Shown here: piece by piece, positions 12,521 through 25,711 of the stretch
Layout: each line of letters begins with the position of its first letter
How positions within the stretch are numbered: position 1 is the stretch's first letter
Source of the DNA: Octopus vulgaris
Lineage: Eukaryota
Direction: 5' to 3'
NCBI GenBank assembly: GCA_951406725.2
Contig: OX597815.1
Coordinates: forward strand, 64,108,001-64,172,000
DNA: 64,000 nucleotides
The notes under the pieces: model-generated
What the model was told of the DNA's origin: nothing
The model's input: the letters and a program-made list of their open reading frames with translations, nothing else
Database searches by the model: none
Program-made: the position numbers and the translations under genes

Positions 12521-13112
12521 CGCATTAAATATATATATGTACATATATACGCATTATATATATATGTGTGTGTGTGTGTACGCATTATATATACAAATGT
12601 ATACAAATTATATATCTATATATATATACCTATAAATACAGATATATACACTTTGTATATATACATTATATATACATATTTATATATAGAACACACACAC
12701 ACATATATAAATTAACTCAATAAATATCTGATTCATAATATTTGTTCTCATGATTGTGTGCTGGTGGTGGTGGCGATGATAATTCTCTCTATGAATGCAG
12801 ACAGACGTAGAGAGAGAGAGTGTGACAGCGCTGGTGAAGACGGCGGGGGAAACATAGTAGACGCTGCCAAGTGACGTTATAGAGAGAAGGTGAAGGGAAG
12901 GGAGGAAACAGAGAGAGACAGAGGAAGACAGGCAGATAAGAGAATGGGAGAAGACTTGTTAAAGTGTGCGTTTTTTGCCCTAGTAACCACACATTTTAAG
13001 ATAGGGATTTCTAATCTAGCCCACTTACATCCCCACCACATTTTATATGTCCTTGTAAATTTTGGTGTCAATCCGACGGGATCTAGTGGCCTATAACCCG
13101 TTCCAATGTCCA

Positions 13113-13156
<44 letters not shown>

Positions 13157-13429
13157 ACACACACAAAGTAATCATACTGAGAAAGGGTAGCAAAAGGGAT
13201 ACACTTTGATTGCTATAAAGATGTAAGCATATTTACATATATTGACATATTTCAATGTATCAATATAAAAACATGGAGATACATTTATAAACACTCATGC
13301 ACATCCTCACACATGTAGAAATGTGTAGATACGTGTGCGCATAGAGAATGTGAAAGGGAGAGAACAACAATTCGCCGTGGACATACATAGATTATTGTGT
13401 GTATGTGAGTGTGTATGTGTGCGTATACG

Positions 13430-13474
<45 letters not shown>

Positions 13475-13478
<4 letters not shown>

Positions 13479-15835
13479 GACACCGACACTACTCTCGGAT
13501 CACAACATGGTAGAGCCGACCATGTACGGGCCAAAGGAAAGCATGGACATGCAGCCTACAAGAAACTCTCAGAATCTTTCCAGCTTGAACTTCCATAAGG
13601 CAAACTGGAAACAAATTGAGAAAGAGATCCTCAAACAAGACTGGCCTGAATGTCTCTCCTCGCCAGACATCGACGTGAAACTTCAACAATTCATGTCTGT
13701 AATGCAAGCCATATGCTACAAATGTGTCCCAGAGAGAAAAGCCACTGTATACAAGATCAAAATCCTCAGAGAGAGGAAAATTTTAATGAGACGGCGTACA
13801 AAAATTTCAAATCGCCTAAACAAACAAATTGAAAACAATGAAAAGTCCCGCCTGAAAATAAAACTGTTGGAAATTGAAAAATGTCTGCAACTCTCCCATG
13901 AAAAGGAAAGAGCAGACAAAGAAGCCTGGGCTATAGACAACATAAATCTAACCCCAGAGCTTTCTACAGGTATGCCAAAGAAACAGCTACGGTGCACTGT
14001 AGGATAGGGCCACTCCTTGAAAAGGATGGCACACTCACAGGAAATCCAATGAGGGTAAGTGAAATACTGAATGAGCAATTCAAGAGTGTTTTCACTCCAC
14101 CCCTTGGGCATTCCCAAATCACCAATCCAACTGACTTCTTTACCACTGCAGATATACAATCAGAGACAGCGATGATTGATTACATCAATATAAAGGAAGA
14201 CGATGTAATAAAGGCTATAGATGAAATGAAAACAAACTCAGTACTGGCCCCGATGGATTCCCGGCAATCCTCCTAAAAGTATGTAAGAGAGTCCTAGCAA
14301 GACCACTGCAGTTCCTCTTTCAGAGCTTCCTTGCAACTGGCAAACTTCCAAGAAAACTGAAGGAAGGTAAAATATGCCCTATTCATAAAGGAGGTAGCAG
14401 AGCGGAGGCCAAGAACTACAGGCCTATCTCTCTGACCTCACACATCAGCAAGGTCATGGAACGAATAGTCAGAAGGAAACTGATCACCTTCCTGAAGAAA
14501 ATGACTTGCTGCCTGACACCCAACATGGTTTCCGACCAGGAAGAAGCTGCTTAACTCAGCTCCTACAACACTATGACTGGGTGCTGAAACGACTACTCAA
14601 CCACTCAAATGTGAAAGTGATATATCTCGACTTTGCAAAGGCCTTTGATAAAGTTGATCATGGAATGATATGTCACAAACTGCGTGATCTTAGCATAGTT
14701 GGAAAACTGGGAGAATGGCTTCATGACTTTCTGAGCGGTGTTCCGCAGGGCACTGTTTTGGGACCACTACTGTTCATAATGGCCCTCTCAGACATGCCCT
14801 CAGCCACGCAGAGAGCCACGATCACAAGTTATGCAGATTATACAAAAGTTTCACAGGCAATACAGAACTCTGAAGACACTAAACACCTGCAATGTGAGCT
14901 GGACAAAATATACAAGTGGGCTGAAAAGAATAGCATGCAGTTCAATGCTGAAAAGTTTCAAGCTTTATGCTATCAGCATGCAAAACTAAATGCAATACCC
15001 AATGTATACACTGGACCCGGAGGGATTGCAATCCCAGAGGCACAATCAGTGCGTGACCTGGGTATTTACATGAGTGATGACGCAACCTTTCGTGTACATG
15101 TTGCTAAATTGGCAATGAAATGTAGACGACTGGCTGGCTGGATTCTTAGAACATTTAGAACAAGGGAACAAGAAACCATGATGGTCCTCTGGAGGACACT
15201 TGTCCTAAGCCACTTTGACCATTGCTCTCAGCTATGGTCACCATCCAGTGTCAAGTTGATCACAGAACTTTAGGCGATCCAACGAAGCTACACGAAGATA
15301 GCCTCTGTGCAGCATATAAGCTACTGGGAAAGACTCAAGAGATTAAAACTCTATTCCTTGGAGCGTAGGCGAGAAAGATATGCCATAATATACATCTGGA
15401 AGATCCTGAAAGGACATGTCCCAAACTTTGGCATAGAGAGTTACACAAATGCCAGAACTGGGCGCCACTGCGTGGTGCCAAGGACTCCAGATTTGCCATC
15501 AAGATGTAGGACAAGATACTGTGATGGCCTGGGCTTCAGAGGCCCACAGCTCTTCAATATCCTCCCGAAGAACCTAAGAGACCTGCATGGGGTGGATGCA
15601 GATGTTTTTAAATTTAAACTGGATCTCTTCTTGTCAGGTATCCCAGATGAACCAACTTCACGGCAGGAGGTGCAGATAAGGGCAGCTGCATCGAACTCTC
15701 TCATGCACCAAATGGCAGTTGCTAAAAAGCATTTGTGAAGTAAAATCATGTAGCAACACCAAATGGCGGTGCCCCAGCATGGCCACAGCTCGTGAGCTGA
15801 AACTAGATAAAATAAAATAAAAATAAAATAAAATA
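13475..15835 (+). mobile_element. CR1/L2-group LINE, 5'-truncated, ORF2 disrupted (end of APE plus RT)
   Basis: SDHN at APE end; QHGFRPGRSC, YLDFAKAFDKVDH, SGVPQGTVLGPLLF, YADYT, RDLG; frameshifts and stops; (AAAAT)n tail. Confidence 0.92.
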
Positions 15836-16239
15836 TATGAACATTTTATGCAGATTCACAAAACACAGATACACGTACGTATATATATATATATATTTAT
15901 GCACGTGTGCAAATGTAATCCTTGTGTGTGTAATGTTTGTAAGCATGTATATATCGATATACATATACATACACGTATATATATTTATATATATATGTAT
16001 ATATATGTATATCGATATATACATAAATATATATACATATATATACATACATACATATACACATATATATGTATATACATATATACACACACACACGCAT
16101 ACATATATATATATATATACGTATGTCAGTATGTAGATGTATATATCTGACGTACTTGTAATGAAAGAGTGTATATACATAAGTTTGTGAATGTGTGTAT
16201 ATGTACGTGTATGTGCGTGTGTGTGTTGTGTATATATAA

Positions 16240-16270
<31 letters not shown>

Positions 16271-16700
16271 ATGGGTGTGCGTATGGATAAATTTGAATAT
16301 AAATTACCACCAAATCGCATCCAGCCGTTTATATATGAGAGTCAGTGCATGAATGTTGGTAACTGGTAAACAGTTTCGCACATAAACACATAACCACTGA
16401 GAGATCACCTTCAGGTCTTTCCTGTTTATGTGAAGTTTTTCAAGCAGTTTGATGTTCTTTCTACATTTTTACTGTGATATTGCTTGCAAAATTAAAGAAG
16501 CGAATGATTTTGTTTGCTTTCATCACCTTGCTTGCATCTCGGTATTTTTTAATGCTTATATCATATCAAATATGTGTGAGTGTGTGTGACCGTGTGTGTG
16601 ACCATGTGTGTGTGTGTAATATATTTACGTATATACACATTTGTTTGTGCCTACACACGCATAAAATTATATTTATATTGTACTCTGTGTATCTCTCTAC

Positions 16701-16758
<58 letters not shown>

Positions 16759-16783
16759 CTCTCTCTATCTATCTATCTATCTA

Positions 16784-16818
<35 letters not shown>

Positions 16819-16883
16819 GTCTCTCTCCTTTCTCTCTTCTCTCTCTCTTTCTCTCTTTCTCCCTCTCTCTCTCACTGTGAATA

Positions 16884-16916
<33 letters not shown>

Positions 16917-17081
16917 TATATAGGGATGTACTATACAAGTAATTTGATCTGAGATCGTGTATGAAATATATTATGGAAGGTATATACATTTACACATATA
17001 TTATACATTTATAATTTGTATATTTATATATATATATGACAAAGTATATATATATATATGTTGTGAATATGTATATATATA

Positions 17082-17122
<41 letters not shown>

Positions 17123-17150
17123 GTGCTTGTAACCTTTGCGTATATATCTG

Positions 17151-17204
<54 letters not shown>

Positions 17205-17507
17205 AAGAGAGAGATAGAAAGAGAGAGAGAGAGAAAGAGAGAGAGAGATGGTATTATTAAAATATCATCACGAGTGATAAGCGAATTATCAGCCGTAAAG
17301 GCAAATTAATAAAATATATACATGCAATATTAGATATGTACATATATACACACAAGGGTACTACATGAGTACCTATATAGCTAAAAACAAGAAATAAAAG
17401 AATACTTCTGTACCACCGAATAGGCAGAAATCTTTTATAGGTACTCATATACCCTTGTGTATATATATTATCAATATATGTATATATATATATATATATA
17501 TATAATT

Positions 17508-17579
<72 letters not shown>

Positions 17580-17655
17580 TATGTACATATATACATCTAA
17601 ATATATGTGTGCGTGTGTTTGTGTGTGGTGCGCGCACGTTCACGCGTGTGTAAAT

Positions 17656-18050
17656 CTGAAAGTGCCCTGGGTAGAGCGTACTGAGTTGATGACATCAGCG
17701 AGAGGAAACGTGAAAAGTAGCAAGAGCTGTCGGAAAAGTATGGAAAGGCTGGAATACAAATGATGAAGCTATTGAGGTAGGGCTTTGTAGCGTTGGAAGA
17801 CGGTCTCTTGGCAAAGAAGGGTAAAGAAAAGGCCCATTCATTATTGTACGTGAAACTACTCGAGAAAACCATCCGCTAGCCGGCTATGGATGAAGAGGGA
17901 CTTATCCATGTATTTTTGTTGTTGGGAGACATATCAGCGTCGGGTCAACTGCGGCTGGTTGGTTGCGATGAATGCGCCTGCTGTTGAAAGACCTGATGAT
18001 TCTTAATAACCCATGTTTGCCTGATTGGTGTTGTCCTCCCAGGAAATGTG
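17656..18050 (+). mobile_element. 3' fragment of a HERO/R2-group RLE non-LTR retrotransposon
   Basis: Frame-shifted LKVPWVER...ERKREK*QEL...AIEVG resembles the HERO-type restriction-like endonuclease end. Confidence 0.5.
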
Positions 18051-18217
18051 TCTTGCTTATGTGTATTTGTTTACAGGAATAAATATATAAATATATATGT
18101 TGTGTGTGTGTGCGTGTGTGTGCGTGCGCACGCGTGTATACATACGTGCAGTTACATTAAGGCAAAAGTTACTGATACCCCAGCAAAAGTTACTGAAACA
18201 AGTAAAAGAAAGATATA

Positions 18218-18379
18218 CCGTAAATCCACGAGGATGATCCGCATTTTTTCCCAAAAATTTAAAGGTCAAAATCCCTAGTGCGTACTATATACGAGGTTAA
18301 AAATGAAAATTATTTTCTAAGCAATGTCCGAGTCTCTATTTGCTGTGTGGCTATGTGTATTCAGACGCATATATACATA

Positions 18380-18431
<52 letters not shown>

Positions 18432-18788
18432 GGTGATGTCGGGTGCGAAAATACCTTAAGCTAAGCCTGAAAACAATGAAGTCATAAAAGCATCATCCAT
18501 AACTTGCCGTAAGTAACATTTATTAAACGTTATTACTGTTATTTCTTTAATTTCTGCAAACAAAATGCACAAAAAAGCTACACGTTTGCATTATGTTGTA
18601 TATACAATAATAATAAAGGACGTTAGCGTATACATTTTTACAAACCAAGGACGTTATATAGATCTCCTTGACTCAAGTCAGAGAAGGGGTGCGTATTATA
18701 CATAAGGTTTAGGTTTTTCAAAGGTACAACCTCCTAAAATTCCCCTGCGTATTATACTCAAGTGCGGACTATACTCCAGGATTTACAG
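18218..18788. mobile_element. Pogo/Tc1-type non-autonomous DNA transposon
   Basis: TA-flanked imperfect TIRs ccgtaaatccacgaggatgatccgca / tgcggactatactccaggatttacag; internal tgcgtattata subrepeats. Confidence 0.7.
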
Positions 18789-19384
18789 TATACCTGTTAT
18801 AAACAGTGTTTCGTAAGCATATTTAAATTTCACTTTAAAAATGACGCCAGTTGTGACTTGGTTTGCGTGAAGTCAACCTACTTTACAAAGCCGTATAAAT
18901 TCGACCAGGCTTATACGCTAACAGGAGAAATGATACAGCACTTATGAAATATAATTTATAAAACAAAGATGCAATGATATGTTTAATTATCACTTTTTAA
19001 CCTTCTTGCGTAAATATTGACTATGCTTAACCCTTAGCGTTCTCTGTTGTTAGAAAGCGTGTTCGAGTCCTGTAATTAAGCAGTTTGAGCTTTTGTAAAA
19101 AAGCATCATCAGGATTCGGTTACTTTTTCCTGTGCGTTGAAAAACAGCAGAGGTCATCACTATGAACATCTAAGACGTAATCATGATGATTAATTCTTTA
19201 GGTACATATATGCATACACACATACATACGTACATGCATGCATACATAAACACATACATACATACATACATACATACACACATACACACATACATACATA
19301 CATACATACATACATACATACATACATGCATACATACATGCGCAGAAGTGAAGTAAAAAAACAAATTGTAGGAAACTTGCGACG

Positions 19385-21210
19385 GTATGACTTAAAAGAA
19401 GGCATTTGGTTTTATTCTCCACTCAGAGCTGCTGAAGTGTCTACATTTGACAAAATACTTTTGACTAAATACTCCTTAGTTGCTGTCATTGAGAAGCTAA
19501 CAAAGACCTGGGCAACAGAACTGAGAGTAGAATAATCATCTCCAATGTTGAAAATATTTCAAAGGGAATATTCCAAGGAGACACATGTTTTGCGATTCTG
19601 TTCATTTCAGCATGAAATCCATTATCGTTCCTGCTGCAAAAATCAAATGGCTACATGCTAGGGTCTGCAATTGCTGGAGAGATTAATGTGACCCATAATG
19701 TCTTTGTGGATAACTCCAAGATTTATGCTAAATATGTTAATAATGCAAAAAAAAAAAAAAACAGTTTGAATTAATAACATTTTCAGCTGACATAGGAATG
19801 GAATTTGGTCAAAATCAATGTTCATTTTTGATTGTTGAACGCAGAAAATCAATCTCTCAGACCCAAAACCTGTGCATTAATGATCTCATAACCTCTCCTC
19901 TCCCACACAAAAAATGCTGCAAATACCTAAACATTGATGAAGACATACCATACGAAGGTCCTCTGAATGACAGAGTGACCCAGACTTAGAAAAATATGGC
20001 AGTAGGAAATCTCCTCTTACAACTAAACAATAACTCACAATGCACTTGCAGTATCAGTCCTGATTCCAACATTTGGGATATTTAACTGGTCTGTAGAGGA
20101 AATCCACCTTATGGACGTATAAAACCCGCAAGATCCTAATAGGAAACTTCCACTGAGACAGTGATGCTGATAGACTCTACTAAGAAGTGATACAGGAAGT
20201 AGAGATTTGAGATCAGTTCAGACAAGCTTCAAATGTTGCATAATCTCTCTTAGCACCTGCTAAACAAAAGGAGCAAAAATAAATACATTAACTTAGTATT
20301 GAAAAGCAAAGAGAACAGCATCGGCAGTGAGCTCTTCAGGAGCACTCTCTTCCTGATTACCTCGCATACAACCCCAGAACAGCTGGACTAGCATACCTCA
20401 AAGAAGTCATGAGCGTGACTATACAAGTGTATATTTTCCAAAGACTTGAAGAAGACAGTAATATTGATATGAAGCATAGCTTCTCTTGGACTCGTGGCTG
20501 CCACAACACATCACATTTTGAAGGTTATGCATTTGCAATCTAAGAACAGGAGATTGTTACGAAATACCTAGTAAACATAAGAAACAGCGAGGCCCTTGGA
20601 TCCCCACGATGCAACAGAAAATATAGATTATATCATATTTTCCTGGAAGACATCACACATGTGATTAGCAGCTGCTTGAAAATGTCATCAAGGTACTACC
20701 TTCCTATACGACACGACGTTGTTGCAAAAACAGTATACAATGCCATTCGGAAAAATGACAGTCTTGGAAAAAAATAGAGAGAATATCCCTGTTATTGAAT
20801 ACCTACAGTAACATCAACACAAGGAATACTGGTGGAACATTTCCATCAAAACGTTTATCAAGTTTAAGCATAACAGGCCGGATATTGTTGTTTGAGACAG
20901 TTTAGAAAATGGATGGAGTGTCATAGAGTTCAGTTGTCCTACTGATGTGAATATCGCTTTGAAAATCAAAGATGAAGTGGATAACTATGGACAACTGCTT
21001 CGAAAGCTCTAACTTCTATATCCAGATTATAAATTCAAGTTTTATCCATAATAATTGCAGCAGCTGATTTTGTAAGTAATTAACTAAATGACAATCTGGA
21101 TAAGTTAGAGTTTTCAGAGAAAGCAATCAGTCGACTAACCGACACATTATAAATATAGTCTGTAAGGGGAACGGTAAAAATATGCAAGACGTGTCTCAGA
21201 TTTGAAATAT
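19385..21210 (+). mobile_element. Degenerate R4/NeSL-group RLE non-LTR retrotransposon
   Basis: Relic motifs KGIFQGD, MEFGQN, FAI*EQEIVTKY, EDITHVISSC...RHDVVAK, HNRPDIVV; many stops. Confidence 0.75.
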
Positions 21211-21956
21211 AACTTTTTTTATCTACATTCTAATACACATGCATACACACACACCTGCCCGCATCCATACATACACACACATATATATACGTATATATAT
21301 ACATGCAAACATACACGCATGCATATATGCATACATACACACAGATGTGTACGTATGTACGTACATGTGTATGTATGTATGCATGTATTTATTTGGATAT
21401 GTGTGTGTGCATGCGTGTATCTACGTGTGTGCATGTATGTAGGTATGTATGTGTGTTTGGGTGTATGTACTTATGTATGTATTCATGTATGTACGCATGT
21501 ACATAAACACACGCACACACACACAAACACACATATACAAACACTCATTTAGTTACATATCGAAAGTTGCATGGCGCTGCTATAGAATGCTACGTTTCTA
21601 CAAAAAGCAAAGATCAATAGAAAAGTCTTATTTTATGGTAAGATGTCATTCGATTATATCGACCCAGTTCTTCATTAATATATTATTTTATCGACCCCGA
21701 AAAATTGAAAGGTACAGTTTGCCCCAGCCGGCTTTCAACTCGGAAAGTAAAGGGACGGAAGTAATGTCGCTAAGGATTCTGTTAATATTTGCTTCCAATT
21801 TTAGTACTTCACAAGCAATTAGGGGAAGAGAGTTTATTAATTGCATCGATTCCAGTACTTTATTTTATCGACCTCGAAAGGACAAATGGTAGGGATGACC
21901 TCGGTGGTAATTGAACACATAACTTAAACGGCCGGAAAAATGGCTTGCTGTTTTTC

Positions 21957-22105
<149 letters not shown>

Positions 22106-22107
22106 AA

Positions 22108-22675
22108 ATGCCCTGATGCAGTACCAGTCAGTGGCTCTCGTGGCTTCTGATCTTAACTGACTAGAAGTGTTATCATGTACATTGTTTTGTCTTGGTATAA
22201 AAGATGGGCTACAGCAAATATTCTGCTCAATACCACAGATTTGCTTGTCAGTTGTTTGACCTTAACCAGTTGAGCATGTCCCTTAGTGGCTGACGATATG
22301 TGCATCTCTGATCACGAACAGAAGTAGTAGGGGAGCATCATAGCCATGTGTTGAGAGGGATTCTTTGGGGTTTGAATAATTCACCCCTGGAAACATGGGT
22401 GGTTCTCTCAACATCCTTCAACAACCCTTATTCAAGAACCTTTTGAGCGGGATGGGTTACTTGACCAGAAGAAAATTCTAACTGGGGCCCACCTGTAAGG
22501 TCATGTGATGTTTATCTTGATATGAGATCACCATGTCGCGTACATATGGTTGTGATGCATGTGCCTGGTGTACCCTTATCAGACGGGTAGTCACGATCGG
22601 TATACTGGGCTTCGTATATTTTACCCTAGTGTCACTTTGATGGCATGCACTGCTCTTTCACTCAATAATAATAAG
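22108..22675 (+). mobile_element. About 560-bp non-coding interspersed repeat sitting in (AAT)n tracts
   Basis: Partial homologue at about 30185-30385 (ctacagcaa...ctgctcaatacc...gcagacgatatgtgcatctctga), also right after an (AAT)n/(AGT)n tract; ends ctcaataataataa. Confidence 0.65.
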
Positions 22676-23504
22676 AAGAACAAGAACAACAACAACAACA
22701 ACAATAACAATAACAATAACAACAACAATAACAACAACAACAACAATAATAATAATAATGACCATGACGACGACGATGACGATGATGATGATGATTGTAA
22801 TGATGATGATTATGATGATGATCATCATCATCGAGGTGGTGATAATGATGATGATGATGACGATGACGACAACGTCGACGACGACGATGACAATGATAAT
22901 GATGATGATATGGTTATGATAATGATGATAACGATGATGGTGTTGATGGTGATGATGAAGATGATGCCGATGACAATAATAATAATAAGTAAAATAGATT
23001 CCAAATCGATGTTTGATGTGATAGAATGATTAAAATACCGTCTCGTATCAATAATATCGTCATTTTCGGAATCTGAAAAAACCATAACTGTTTGTTTTCT
23101 AATCTGGTCGATATTGTTCATATATTTGATATATTTACGGTTAATGATCATACAGCTATAAATAAGACATTTATTCACAAGCACACTCACACAGACACAC
23201 ATACATACACACACACAAACACACATAAACACAAATACACATACACACAAAACTCACAAAGACACGCACACACTAACATACATACGTACATACATACATA
23301 CATACATACATACATACATACATACATACATACATACATACATACATACATACATACATACATACATACATACATACATACTTACATACATGCACATGTA
23401 TCTGCTTTTCTTGCTTTTTACAGATAGAAATCGTTAGAGAGTGGCCAGTCTTGAGCATCACATTCAAATCTCTTAACGGGTGTGATATGGACTCCAACAT
23501 TATA

Positions 23505-24062
23505 TTGAGTTGTCCGGAAAGTTCGTGTCGATTTATAATAGCTTACCTTTCGACTTATTTTAGAACATATTTGAGTCCATAAATGACGATTTGACGACAC
23601 CTCCATTTAGAGCACAGTTTAAGCTATCTTTTCGTGAAAGAAGGTTTATATTCCTATAATCTGTGTTAATTCTGTAAGTCTTTAAAATGGAAGATAAGAA
23701 AGTTCATTTTCGACACTTGATGCTTTTCTTTTTCCGTAAAGGGAAAAATGCCTCACAAGCAACCAAAGAAATATACGCAGTTTACGGTGATATTTCTTTA
23801 TTGGAAAGAACTGTACGGAAGTTGTTCGCAAGGTTCCGAGCTGGAGATTGTAGCCTTATTGATAAAGAGCGATCAGGAAAACCATCCACTACAGATGATG
23901 ACCAAATCAAGTCATTCATTGAGAATAACCCACATTGCACAATCCGAGAATTGGCAGAAAGCCTCAGCCTATCAAAATCCGTCGTTCATGAGCACTTCGT
24001 AAAGCTTGGCAAGTATTTATTGACCTTTTTAAAAATCGGCAAGAACTTTCCGGACAACCCAA
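23505..24062 (+). mobile_element. Mariner internal-deletion derivative retaining the N-terminal HTH coding region (from ATG 23687 to about 24010)
   Basis: TA-flanked TIRs ttgagttgtccggaaagttcgtgtcgattt / aaatcggcaagaactttccggacaacccaa; MEDKKVHFRHLMLFFFRKGKNASQATKEIYAVYG...FARFRAGD...RSGKP; no DDD domain. Confidence 0.9.
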
Positions 24063-24235
24063 TATTTCAGGTTCGTACATATTTTACACACACATATACA
24101 CACATACACATACACACATGCACACACAAACATGCACACACACACACAAACACACATACGCGCGCGCACACACACAAACATATAAGTATATATACATATA
24201 TGTTATGATTTAAAATAAACAGTAAAAGTTTGTCA

Positions 24236-24298
24236 TAATAGTGCTTGGAGTTTCGAATGTCGAAGCGAAGAACTACGACACATTCTCGTCAGCTATTA
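24236..24298 (-). ncRNA. Type-I hammerhead ribozyme (family C) in a small inverted repeat (about 24200-24410)
   Basis: Minus strand: taatag-CTGACGA-gaatgt...acattc-GAAA-ctccaagca-ctatta. The plus arm and the piece at 36363 show an intact ctccgagTA stem III. Confidence 0.7.
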
Positions 24299-24483
24299 AT
24301 GGCAACAGACGCTATGAAAAACCGAGAATGGATCGTAGGTCTTCGCTCTGACATTCGAAACTCCGAGTATTATAAGGACAACTTTTTACTGATTATTCTA
24401 AATTATAACATATATAAATAATCTTCTATTTCTCTAGTATCGAGGTTTCATTCTTTTGTTGTTACATTTTATCATTATTATAT

Positions 24484-24531
<48 letters not shown>

Positions 24532-24670
24532 ATGTAAATAAGGATAAGATCGTTAATTTAACTTGAATATCGGTCTTATCAAGTGGCCAGCATGGAAATA
24601 AAAACCTTCAAAGGTAATAATTATTAAAATTATAATTTAGGGTAACCCTAAATTATAATATATATATATA

Positions 24671-25665
24671 GGATCTTTTCGCTTTGACCAGAAGATTTTT
24701 AAAATAACTTCTTTGTAACTAAACACTTTTAAACTTCGTATACTGGTAGAATGTGTTTATAAAACATCTTTTTCTCTTGACTTTCTTGAGAAAATTCTGT
24801 AGTTTGTAACATATTTGTTTTTTAATTTCTTGCGTTTCGGCAATTTCAACCAATCAATGACGTCTATTGAGGTGAAAACAATATCTGCCGATGTCTGTCA
24901 ACAACTTTTTGCGGTGTCATAGGAAAATGTCCCTGCTATTTATGACATATTTCATACCAGTTACGTTCGTATGAATAAAAGATTATCATTATTAAACTTT
25001 TATTAACAAACACCTATTCTAAGTTCACAACACATGCAGTTTTAATTTTCCTCTCTGTTGCACACATTACATATTATATATTTGTTTAAGAAATAGATTG
25101 GGCTTATTTACATTTCTGAAGAAAAAAAGATACCCTTCCCCCACCCCTAACCCTAACCTTAACCCTAACCCTAACTAACCCTCCCCAACCCTAACCCTAA
25201 CCTTAACCTTAACCCTAACTAACCCTCCCCGCCTCTAACCCTACTAACCCTAACTCTAACCCTAACCTTAAAACAGATTGAAATGCAATAGATCAATACT
25301 AGGGTCATAATTGTGGGTGGACACTAAAGAGGGAACGGTTTTATTATCCCGTTCTGTTTACGAGTGACCCCTCTGTTTATGGCCACAGGGTATCTTTTTT
25401 CTCATAAATAGCAGGGACATTTTCAAATGACGCCGCCAGAAAATGTTACGGCAGTAATCGTTTTCACCTCAATAGACGTCATTGATTGGTTGAAATTGCC
25501 GAAATGCAAGAAATTAAACAACAAATATGTTACAAACTACAGAATTTTCTCAAGAAAGCCAAGAGAAAAAAATGTTTTATAAACACATTCTACCAGTATT
25601 CGAAGTTTAAAATCTTTTAGTTAATAGAAATTATATTAAAAATCTGCCGGTCAAAGTGAAAAGAT

Positions 25666-25667
<2 letters not shown>
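24671..25667. mobile_element. Long-TIR non-autonomous DNA element containing telomere-like (CCCTAA)n
   Basis: About 230-270-bp imperfect TIRs starting ggatcttttcgctttgacc and ending ggtcaaagtgaaaagatcc, (TA)n both sides; CCCTAA/CCTTAA array at 25145-25271. Confidence 0.8.

Positions 25668-25711
<44 letters not shown>

Noticed and set aside
12790-13112. Helitron/Helentron-like fragment
   Set aside because: Only a vague resemblance; no termini identified.
25145-25271. True telomere or chromosome fusion site
   Set aside because: Short, degenerate, single orientation and enclosed by TIRs.
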